53,562 nt of DNA from Candidatus Hydrogenedentota bacterium (lineage in GTDB: Bacteria; Hydrogenedentota; Hydrogenedentia; Hydrogenedentales; SLHB01): positions 1-53,562 of the forward strand of contig JARKSN010000328.1 in NCBI GenBank assembly GCA_029974275.1, given 5' to 3'. This document shows, piece by piece, positions 46,127-53,562 of this stretch. The notes under the pieces are model-generated. The model saw nothing but the letters and a program-made list of their open reading frames with translations, was not told where the DNA came from and did no database searches. How positions within the stretch are numbered: position 1 is the stretch's first letter; every line of letters begins with the position of its first letter. Made by a program: the position numbers and the translations under genes.

Positions 46127-47503
46127 TCATTTCTGTGGGCTGTACTCTCCAAAAAAGAATACACCGATACCGCCGAAACCGGAACAGTCGCCGGTTGTCT
46201 CGACATGGATGGAGTTTCCCTGCTGGGTGAAGGTCGTGGTACATCCACTATCCGGATCGGAAAACACGGCGACGTCTTGTTTGATATTGGCGGTTCCCGA
46301 AAGCTCTCCCGCATTTTGGCCACTTGCAGCGGAAATGCTGAAGCCAAAACTGTCACCGCTCACGGAAGTGATCTCCAGAGTCGCCGCATCCGACTCACCC
46401 CTGCCGACGCGGTCCCATTTCCCCGTAGTCCATTTTCCAGGCGTGCCCCCTTTGTCTGGCCCTGCTGATTCTTCGGGCGATGATGGCGTCATCTCCAGGA
46501 CAAATGGGAACGATTTGCTGCTGTCTACATTTGACCACTGGCCCTCTACTCTCCCTTCCGACACAAACTTGCCTTTGAAAGAGCCGGTGGGATTTCCCAA
46601 GGTGTCCGATTCGGACAGGGTGATGTTCCTCTCATTGTCAACGGTTCCACTCAGCGCAATGTCTTTCTTTTGACTCTCGTAAAAATACTTCCCCTTCAGG
46701 TTGTTGCCTTCCGCTTGAAGCGTCATCTGGATACGTAGCTTTCCGTTGATTGTTCCAGCTAGTGACATTTTTTGTGGCACAAAGGATGTGCTTGCAATAG
46801 CGGAAGTTGAAGGAGGTGAAGGAGGCGACGAATGTTGCGTGCCTGCCGTCACGTGTTGTGGTTCTATGTTTTCTTTTCCGGAGGGGGCGATGTCTATTGT
46901 GTTCGAGGCAGCAGAACTCTGTTTTTTGGCTTCGGCTTGTTTTTCTACTTCCATCTGTGAAAATAGTAAAATATATGCGATCCCAATGGTCGGTTGATTA
47001 GTGTAAACGCTCTTAAGATAAGTACCATCCTCGTCCGGAGCGTCTTGGTTCTTAGTTTCCCCTGTCTTCATGTTTTCCATTTTAAATTCTAAGCCACTGT
47101 ACTGAACACCAAACTTGCTATCACTGTCGCCCTTATTCAAACAGAATTGCACGACATATGTAAGGGAAATCGTCGATTGGATTTGGTTCATATTGTCCTT
47201 CATCTTTTTGAGCATATCTTCCGTCACAGTGATCCCTTCGCTGCTTGCATCAATAAATTTGTCAAAATCAATCTCACCCCTAAATTGAACAACCTGCCGT
47301 CCCTGTGAATCAACAAGAGTTGACCATTCTTTGTCTTTGCCAAAGTACTTGTATCCATTTAATGCGTCGCCAACGGTGACGGACTTGTCGATATCCAGCG
47401 TTCCCGATTTTACTGTTTTCTCAAGGTTTGAGCCCGTACATCCTGCAAAGATAAAGAGAATGACAGCACTAGCGAATAGTTTTGAGGCACCAAGATATCG
47501 CAT
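46127..47503 (-). CDS. Modular hypothetical lipoprotein
   Basis: Lipobox IFAG-C after ATG 47503 (GGAAGGAAG upstream). Three beta-rich domains separated by S/P/T-rich linkers. AT-rich codon use. Confidence 0.75.
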   Translation of the reverse strand: MRYLGASKLFASAVILFIFAGCTGSNLEKTVKSGTLDIDKSVTVGDALNGYKYFGKDKEWSTLVDSQGRQVVQFRGEIDFDKFIDASSEGITVTEDMLKKMKDNMNQIQSTISLTYVVQFCLNKGDSDSKFGVQYSGLEFKMENMKTGETKNQDAPDEDGTYLKSVYTNQPTIGIAYILLFSQMEVEKQAEAKKQSSAASNTIDIAPSGKENIEPQHVTAGTQHSSPPSPPSTSAIASTSFVPQKMSLAGTINGKLRIQMTLQAEGNNLKGKYFYESQKKDIALSGTVDNERNITLSESDTLGNPTGSFKGKFVSEGRVEGQWSNVDSSKSFPFVLEMTPSSPEESAGPDKGGTPGKWTTGKWDRVGRGESDAATLEITSVSGDSFGFSISAASGQNAGELSGTANIKQDVAVFSDPDSGCTTTFTQQGNSIHVETTGDCSGFGGIGVFFFGEYSPQK

Positions 47504-47830
47504 TTCCACTTCCTTCCATTGGTTCCGAAATCCCCACGACCTCTTGGCGTTCATTGCAGTTCTTTTTTTTGGGGGGGGCGCCAAGTGCGCAAATTGTCTT
47601 GGCCATCAATTGGATTGGGCTGTCTAGCGTATTGGTTCACGTCACATATCTGCATGGCGTGACTCTACCCCAATCCGTTCTGCAAAGAACCCCACACGCA
47701 CCTCGTCGTACGGACAACAAGACGAGCATTATGGATTCTAAATTCATTTTTTGTGGGTTTCAACTATTTCTGATCCGTGGCTTGCTATGCTGGGACCAGA
47801 CACGCAGTGTTTGTCCGGCGCTCTTACTTT

Positions 47831-47926
47831 CACATCTTTCGTCGTGACTCGTTGTGGTCGTTGTGGTTAGGTTCCGGATCGGATTTGAACCACGACGAGC
47901 ACGACGAGTCACGACGGGAAGAGGTG
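47831..47926. repeat. Long hairpin with triplicated 9-nt unit (AACCAC-type element pair)
   Basis: CGTCGTGACTCGTTGTGGTCGTTGTGGTT (47840-47868) pairs with AACCACGACGAGCACGACGAGTCACGACG (47888-47916). Three differences, two of them G-T wobbles. Confidence 0.85.
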
Positions 47927-48054
47927 TCGGAGGCGCGGAGTTGTGGGCGGTGGGTAGTGTTCGTGTCGGATGGTGATGGTCTTGTAGACAGAATGGACCG
48001 ACCGGCTCCGAATGGCATATGCGTAGGTTAGGCTATGTACATTCGGAACGAACA

Positions 48055-48248
48055 GTAGCGCCCGGTCTCTGTGCCGGGCGTCTTTGGTTGGTCCGATTTG
48101 TAATCGGACCGTCTTCGGTTTCGTTCACGACCCGCCTGTTTCAAAGAGGTCCCGTTACAAACGGGACCTACATGTCGCAGCCTTTTTGTGTCTTTTGCGT
48201 GTTTTGTGGTTGATGGCAAAACCGCCCGGCACAGAGACCGCGGACACC
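48055..48248. repeat. REP family A doublet (48055-48080 +; 48223-48248 -, degenerate) enclosing a REP family B doublet (48087-48110 +; 48147-48171 -)
   Basis: Family A is GTAGCGCCCGGTCTCTGTGCCGGGCG. Family B copies are GTTG-GTCCGATT-TGT-AATCGGAC and GTAG-GTCCCGTT-TGT-AACGGGAC. Confidence 0.85.
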
Positions 48249-48270
48249 AAGAGGTGGTTGTTGCCCTTTC

Positions 48271-48347
48271 CGATCTCTGCGACCTCTGCGCCTCTGCGTT
48301 GAAAATATTCGCCCCTAAACGCAGAGTCGCAGAGAACGCGGAGATCG
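48271..48347. repeat. Long hairpin with triplicated CGCAGAG unit (AACGCAGAG-type element pair)
   Basis: CGATCTCTGCGACCTCTGCGCCTCTGCGTT (48271-48300) versus AACGCAGAGTCGCAGAGAACGCGGAGATCG (48318-48347), 26/30 complementary. Confidence 0.85.
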
Positions 48348-48572
48348 CAGCGTGAAGATTCCGCCAATCCATTTGCGTGTCGCGACTCCGTTTTCCATCT
48401 TTCGGCACGGCTTGGGCCCTGATGCGACTGCGATTGACTTGCGCTCCGCGCACAACAAGGGGTATCTTCTGACGCACGCAAACGCGCGCTTCATCTGGAA
48501 AAGATCGGCGCGGGCGGTTGGAGGAGGAGGCGCCGGGCTAACGGAAATCCGCGATAGGGGTGAACTTCACGC

Positions 48573-50948
48573 ATGCATGTGCCGGTGTCGCCGGAAATCA
48601 ACGCGATGATCGATCAGGCCGCCGAGATCAGCATCCGGCGGAACCAACTCTATGTCGGCGTCGATCATTTGTTCGAGGCCATCCTCTCGCAATCGTCGAA
48701 ACTGCCGCGCGCGTTCGGCGACAAACACATCCAATCGTTGCACAAGGCCGCTCGCGAGTTGGCGCGCGAACAGTGGCCCGCGGACGCGATGGTCTCCGTC
48801 GCGGGCGAAGTGTTCTACACGCCCCGGTGCGCGGCGATCGCCACGGAAGCGACGCGGTTGGCTCAACGTCTCGGCGAGGCGACGCCGTCCACAGGGCATC
48901 TGCTGTTGGCGATCCTCGCGGATGCGCATGCCGGGCCAAGCCGTGCGATTGACCGGCTCCGACTGGATCGCGGCGCGCTCATCGAAGAACTGCGCCGGGC
49001 CCTGACTCCGCACGCCACGACCGCACAGTCGCGTTCCACGCATGCCCCGGAACCCGCCGCGAAACCGCGCCGCGAACCCAAAACGGCCCAAGCCGCGCAG
49101 GAAAATGAATCGGAACCGCGCGAATCAAGCAGCGTTTCGCTCGAACACCTGACGCGCAATCTGACGGCGTTGGCGCGGCGCGGAACGCTCGGCCCGGCCA
49201 TCGGTCGCGACAAGGAAATGTTTTCGCTGCTCGAAGTCCTCGGACGACAAGGCAAAAACAACGCGATCCTCGTCGGCGAAGCGGGTGTGGGCAAGACGCG
49301 TATCGTCGAAGGTCTCGCCGTTATGGCGACCACCAAAGCAGGCGAGGGCTTCCTGAAGGGACAGCGCATCCTCGAGCTCAACTTGGCCGCGTTGATGTCG
49401 GGCACGCAATATCGCGGGGCCTTCGAGGAACGTCTCACGCGCTTGCTCGACGACCTCAAGCGCTCGAAGGACACCATCCTCTTTATCGACGAGATTCACC
49501 TCATCATGGGCGCGGGCGCGACAGAAGGCAGCGGCCTCGACATGGCGAACTTGCTCAAGCCCGCGTTGTCGCGCGGCGAAATCCGGTGCATCGGCGCAAC
49601 GACGTTGCAGGAGTACCGCAAGTTCATCGAGAAGGATCCCGCCATCGAACGGCGGTTCCAGATGGTGCGCATCGATCCGTTGTCGGAACCGGCGACCTTC
49701 GAGGTGCTGACGTTCCTGAAGCCGTCGCTCGAACGCCATCACGGCACGCGCATCAGCGACCGCGCCTTGCATGCGGCCATCGCGCTCACGCAACGTTACA
49801 TGCCGAACCGTCAACTGCCGGACAAGGCCATCGACGTGCTCGATCAGGCGTGCGCCCGGCATCGGTTGAAGGCCATCGCGATGAAGTACAAACCGGGACT
49901 GTTCGACAGCGACTCGGGTTTCGCGCAAGTGAACAAAGTCACGCCGCACGACATCCGCAAAGTCGTGAGCCGGATCGCGGGCGTGCCCATCGAAGAAATC
50001 ACCGCCGAGGAACGCCTCCGCCTGGGCCATCTCGAACGCCGCCTCAAACGCCGCATCATCGGTCAAGACGAAGCCATTGCGCGGACCGTCGCGGCGGTGA
50101 AACGTGCGCGCGCGGGCCTGGGCGATCCGTCGCGCCCGGATGCGGTGCTGCTGTTTTTAGGCCCGACAGGCGTGGGCAAGACCGAACTCGCGAAGGCCCT
50201 CGCGGAACAACTCTTCGGTTCAGCGGACCACCTCATCACCTTCGACATGTCAGAGTACCTCGAATCGCACAGCGTCTCGAAACTCATCGGCGCGCCGCCG
50301 GGATACGTCGGCCACGGCGAAGAAGGACGATTGACCGGCGCGGTGCGGAACAAGCCATTCTCGATTCTGTTGTTCGACGAGATCGAGAAGGCGCACCCGC
50401 GCGTGTTCGATATTTTCCTGCCGATGCTCGATGAAGGACGCGTGAAAGACTCAAACGGACGCGACGTCAGCTTCAAGCACTGCATCATCCTGTTCACGTC
50501 GAACATCGCCGCCGATTTGCTTCAGCGTTCCGGTGGTCACGCGAACCGCCCGCAGGTCATGGACGCGTTGCGGAAACATTTCCGTCCGGAATTCATCAAC
50601 CGCATCGACGAGATCGTGCCGTTTCACCCCTTGCTGTTCGACGATATCCGCGCGATCCTGAGTCTCAGCATCCGCCAGCTTGGCCAACGGCTCGCCGACA
50701 AAGGCTTCGGCGTTCGCATGTACCAGGGCGCGTATGAGCACCTCGCGGAAGTTGGCTACGACCCCGAATACGGTGCGCGCGAACTGCGCCGCGCCGTCGA
50801 GCGTTACATCATCGACCCCATCAGCGAACTCATCCTCGCAGGCACGTTCCAGCCCGGCGACCTCATCGAAGCACTGATGGTCAACGGCAAACTGACTTTC
50901 CGCAAGGGCGAACCACGCCCGAAAACCGAGAAGGAGCGCGCGCGATGA
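48573..50948 (+). CDS. Class 1 Clp/Hsp100 AAA+ ATPase (Clp_N repeats + two AAA modules)
   Basis: Clp_N ([17 protein letters not shown]), [77 protein letters not shown]. Confidence 0.93.
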   Translation: MHVPVSPEINAMIDQAAEISIRRNQLYVGVDHLFEAILSQSSKLPRAFGDKHIQSLHKAARELAREQWPADAMVSVAGEVFYTPRCAAIATEATRLAQRLGEATPSTGHLLLAILADAHAGPSRAIDRLRLDRGALIEELRRALTPHATTAQSRSTHAPEPAAKPRREPKTAQAAQENESEPRESSSVSLEHLTRNLTALARRGTLGPAIGRDKEMFSLLEVLGRQGKNNAILVGEAGVGKTRIVEGLAVMATTKAGEGFLKGQRILELNLAALMSGTQYRGAFEERLTRLLDDLKRSKDTILFIDEIHLIMGAGATEGSGLDMANLLKPALSRGEIRCIGATTLQEYRKFIEKDPAIERRFQMVRIDPLSEPATFEVLTFLKPSLERHHGTRISDRALHAAIALTQRYMPNRQLPDKAIDVLDQACARHRLKAIAMKYKPGLFDSDSGFAQVNKVTPHDIRKVVSRIAGVPIEEITAEERLRLGHLERRLKRRIIGQDEAIARTVAAVKRARAGLGDPSRPDAVLLFLGPTGVGKTELAKALAEQLFGSADHLITFDMSEYLESHSVSKLIGAPPGYVGHGEEGRLTGAVRNKPFSILLFDEIEKAHPRVFDIFLPMLDEGRVKDSNGRDVSFKHCIILFTSNIAADLLQRSGGHANRPQVMDALRKHFRPEFINRIDEIVPFHPLLFDDIRAILSLSIRQLGQRLADKGFGVRMYQGAYEHLAEVGYDPEYGARELRRAVERYIIDPISELILAGTFQPGDLIEALMVNGKLTFRKGEPRPKTEKERAR

Positions 50949-51520
50949 ACGCCGGCATCACCGACGCCTTTGTCGTGATCAACGGCCCCGAAGACGGCGC
51001 GGAGTTCCCCGTCGTGCGCGCGCCGTTGCGGATCGGCCAGGACATCGCGTGCGAGATACCGGTGCGCCTCGATAGCGACGTGCGACCGGTCCACGCGCTT
51101 GTCACGACGGTGTCGGACGGCTACCGCGTGCGTCAACTCGACGCCGCGCCGGTGTACGTCAACGGCAAACGCGCGGGCATGTTCCGCTCGCGCATCGTGC
51201 GGTCCGGCGGCATCGTGCAGGTCGGCCACACGCAACTCGCCGTCGAATGCGTGCCCGACGGCCTTGCCGCGCGCAGTCATGGCATCGTCAGCGAGACGGA
51301 CCTCGGGTGGCTTATGGAAGGCATCGTCCGCATCCTCGCGCGCAGCGCCATGGGGACGGTCCGCCTCTTGTTTGGATTTCTCGGCAAGCTACGCACGAAC
51401 GCGCTGCTCGTGGCGGCAATCCTTATTGCGCTTTATTTTTTTGTTCCCTCGTTTCGCGATCGCGTGGCCTGGGCCGCATGGCATGCAACGCATTACGTGC
51501 GGATGCTACTGGGACGGTAG
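50945..51520 (+). CDS. FHA-fold protein with C-terminal membrane anchor
   Basis: VINGPEDGAEF...LRIG...HA...VYVNG...GGIVQVG matches the FHA pattern. C-terminal hydrophobic helix. ATGA overlap with the Clp stop. Confidence 0.75.
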   Translation: MNAGITDAFVVINGPEDGAEFPVVRAPLRIGQDIACEIPVRLDSDVRPVHALVTTVSDGYRVRQLDAAPVYVNGKRAGMFRSRIVRSGGIVQVGHTQLAVECVPDGLAARSHGIVSETDLGWLMEGIVRILARSAMGTVRLLFGFLGKLRTNALLVAAILIALYFFVPSFRDRVAWAAWHATHYVRMLLGR

Positions 51521-51650
51521 GCGACGCGCAGGCATTGCCTTCGAGAACCGGATGCATTGATTGGGCTTCGAGAAGGCAGTAGACTTTCGCGTTGCGCGCC
51601 CATTTTGGGGCGAAATATTTTCAGAATGGGCGATGCCCGGAGAGAAAGCC

Positions 51651-53267
51651 ATGATCGATTTTCCGTTGACGAGACTTCCCAACTACGCCGCTTTTCCGGG
51701 ACCGGTGGTCCTGGTCATCATGGACGGCATTGGCATCGGAAAGCGCGACGAGTCGGACGGGGTGTTCGTGTCGTACACGCCGACGCTGGACAAGCTTTTT
51801 GCCGCGCCGCTGTATACGCAGCTTCGAGCCCACGGCCGAGCCGTCGGCCTGCCGAGCGACGAGGACATGGGCAACTCGGAAGTCGGCCATAACGCGCTGG
51901 GTGCGGGCCGCGTGTTTAGCCAAGGCGCGATGTTGGTCAACGACGCCATCGCCACGGGCAAGCTGTTCGAGGGCAAAGCGTGGCAATCGGCCACGGCCGC
52001 CGGCACGCTGCATTTTATCGGCCTCTTGTCCGATGGCAACGTCCATAGCCACATCGATCACCTCTTCGCGATGCTCGATCGCTGCGCACGCGACGGCGTC
52101 AAGCGAGTGCGCGTGCATCCGTTGCTCGACGGCCGCGACGTCGGCGAGAAAAGCGCGTTGGAGTACATCGGACCGCTCGAAAAGAAACTCGCGGAACTGA
52201 GCGCGGCCGGACGCGACTATCGCATCGCATCCGGGGGCGGGCGCATGATCACCACAATGGACCGCTACGAGGCGAACTGGAGCGTCGTCGAGCGCGGATG
52301 GAAGGCCCATGTGCTCGGCGAAGGCCGTCCCTTCGCGTCGGCGTCGGAAGCCGTGCAGACCTACTACGCCGAAGACCCGACGATGACCGACCAATACATG
52401 GAGAGTTTCGTCATTGCCGAGAACGGCAAGCCCGTCGGAACGGTCGAAGACGGTGACGCGGTCGTTTTCTTCAACTTCCGCGGCGACCGCGCCATCGAAA
52501 TTTCGAAGGCGTTCGAGCAAGGGCCCGAGTTCGACAAGTTCGACCGCAAACGATGCCCGAAGGTCTTTTACGCGGGCATGATGCAGTACGACGGCGACGA
52601 GCATATCCCCGCGAATTTCCTGGTCGAGCCGCCCGCGATCGAGCGCACGATCAGCCAGTACTTGTGCGCGGCGGGCATCACCAGTTTCGCGGTCTCCGAA
52701 ACCCAAAAATTCGGGCACGTCACCTACTTTTGGAACGGCAACAACAGCGGCTACGTCGACGAAAAGCTCGAGAAGTACATCGAGATCGCGTCGGACAAGG
52801 TGCAATTCGATCAACGTCCGTGGATGAAAGCCGGCGAAATCACCGACGCGACGCTCGAGGCCATCCAGAGCGGCCAATACAAGTTCATCCGCCTCAACTT
52901 CCCGAACGGCGATATGGTCGGCCACACCGGCGTGCCCATCTCCGTGCGCATTGCCGTCGAAACGGTCGACCTCGGCCTCAAACGCCTGCTGCCGGCGATC
53001 GAAGCGGCCAAGGGCATCGCCGTCATCACCGCCGACCATGGCAACGCGGACTGCATGTTCACCGAGAAAAAGGGAAAGCGCGAACCGATGGTGGCGCACA
53101 CGCTCAACCCCGTGCCGTTCATCATCGCGGACTACTCCGGCGCGAACCCCATCGCCATGAGCGGCGTCGCCAACCCCGGCCTCAGCAACGTCGCCGCAAC
53201 GCTGCTCCATCTTCTCGGCTTCGAAAAACCGGAAGAGTACGATCCGTCATTGATCACGATTGGGTAA
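51651..53267 (+). CDS. gpmI: 2,3-bisphosphoglycerate-independent phosphoglycerate mutase
   Basis: VIMDGIG, MGNSEVGH, LSDGNVHSH, NFRGDRA, SETQKFGHVTYF, NGDMVGHTG, TADHGNAD, HTLNPVP. Start at ATG 51651. Confidence 0.97.
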   Translation: MIDFPLTRLPNYAAFPGPVVLVIMDGIGIGKRDESDGVFVSYTPTLDKLFAAPLYTQLRAHGRAVGLPSDEDMGNSEVGHNALGAGRVFSQGAMLVNDAIATGKLFEGKAWQSATAAGTLHFIGLLSDGNVHSHIDHLFAMLDRCARDGVKRVRVHPLLDGRDVGEKSALEYIGPLEKKLAELSAAGRDYRIASGGGRMITTMDRYEANWSVVERGWKAHVLGEGRPFASASEAVQTYYAEDPTMTDQYMESFVIAENGKPVGTVEDGDAVVFFNFRGDRAIEISKAFEQGPEFDKFDRKRCPKVFYAGMMQYDGDEHIPANFLVEPPAIERTISQYLCAAGITSFAVSETQKFGHVTYFWNGNNSGYVDEKLEKYIEIASDKVQFDQRPWMKAGEITDATLEAIQSGQYKFIRLNFPNGDMVGHTGVPISVRIAVETVDLGLKRLLPAIEAAKGIAVITADHGNADCMFTEKKGKREPMVAHTLNPVPFIIADYSGANPIAMSGVANPGLSNVAATLLHLLGFEKPEEYDPSLITIG

Positions 53268-53282
53268 GATAGCATGATTCTC

Positions 53283-53314
53283 GGGGAAAGCCTTTTTGGA
53301 TAAAGGTTTTCCCC
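53283..53314 (+). terminator. Stem-loop after gpmI (terminator-like palindrome)
   Basis: GGGGAAAGCCTTT-TTGGAT-AAAGGTTTTCCCC, a 13-bp stem with one G-U pair, 15 bp after the stop. Confidence 0.55.
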
Positions 53315-53377
53315 AGGGCAATCGCATTACATGGCCGAGGGAAATGGTGCGTGGGAATGGCCATCGTTAATGTCTTT

Positions 53378-53486
53378 GGAGCGCCCGGTCTCCGTGCCGG
53401 GCGGTTTTACGGCAAGCGACAAGACGAATCCACACAGCCCCGGATCGTTGCGCCCAGACCCGCCCGGCACGGAGACCGGGCGCTAC
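53378..53486. repeat. REP family A inverted doublet (REPIN-like)
   Basis: GGAGCGCCCGGTCTCCGTGCCGGGCG (53378-53403, +) and CGCCCGGCACGGAGACCGGGCGCTAC (53461-53486, -), with the GTAG/GGAG feet pointing outward. Confidence 0.85.
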
Positions 53487-53562
53487 AAAAACGAAAATCG
53501 TGCGCCAAACGGTAAAATCGTGACGTATATGGAGCCAAAAAGTCCTAATGACTCAGAATTGT

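Larger units (their letters stand above)
45083..47830. mobile_element. AT-richer two-gene islet of probable horizontal origin (no mobility gene in window)
   Basis: Abrupt shift to A/T-rich sequence and codon use right after the FGGY stop, returning to high GC near the repeat cluster. Boundaries are approximate. Confidence 0.6.

Noticed and set aside
47831..48347. Possible CRISPR array
   Set aside because: The repeats are inverted and of different families, not direct repeats with regular unique spacers, and there are no cas genes.
48028..48477. 149-aa minus-strand ORF (and 48155-48481) across the repeat cluster
   Set aside because: The peptide (NAEAQRSQR, TTKHAKDTK) is just the translation of the repeat arms. 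No domain or RBS support.
48573..51520. Type VI secretion locus
   Set aside because: No Hcp, VgrG, TssB/C or membrane-complex genes in the window. Kept only as a ClpV-like/FHA observation.

Overview
High-GC bacterial chromosomal segment. The DUF1559 pilin-like protein carrying the '[17 protein letters not shown]' motif and the dockerin-tailed S8 protease suggest Candidatus Hydrogenedentes or a PVC-like lineage, but this is inference only. Housekeeping blocks: comM, sucA-sucB-lpdA, fliQ-fliR-flhB-flhA-flhF-flhG, DAHP synthase and gpmI. Also present are glycan-processing genes (DUF4838, GH38, GH92, FGGY kinase, sugar isomerase) and a large PAS/GAF hybrid kinase. The most unusual region is 45083-48572. 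It holds an AT-richer two-gene islet (PD-(D/E)XK-like nuclease and a modular lipoprotein) next to about 500 bp packed with several families of palindromic elements. These include GTAG-type REP-like hairpins in nested doublets with compensatory base changes, and AAC-anchored triplet-unit hairpins. The same REP family recurs at 46020 and at 53378-53486. Other candidates are an operon of a secreted, catalytically degenerate MEMO1 with AMMECR1, a membrane protein and LemA but no radical SAM gene; a GH38 lacking the canonical nucleophile; and a ClpV-like ATPase coupled to a degenerate membrane-anchored FHA protein. No tRNA, rRNA, CRISPR array, transposase or integrase was recognised. All calls come from reading motifs by eye, and no database searches were run.
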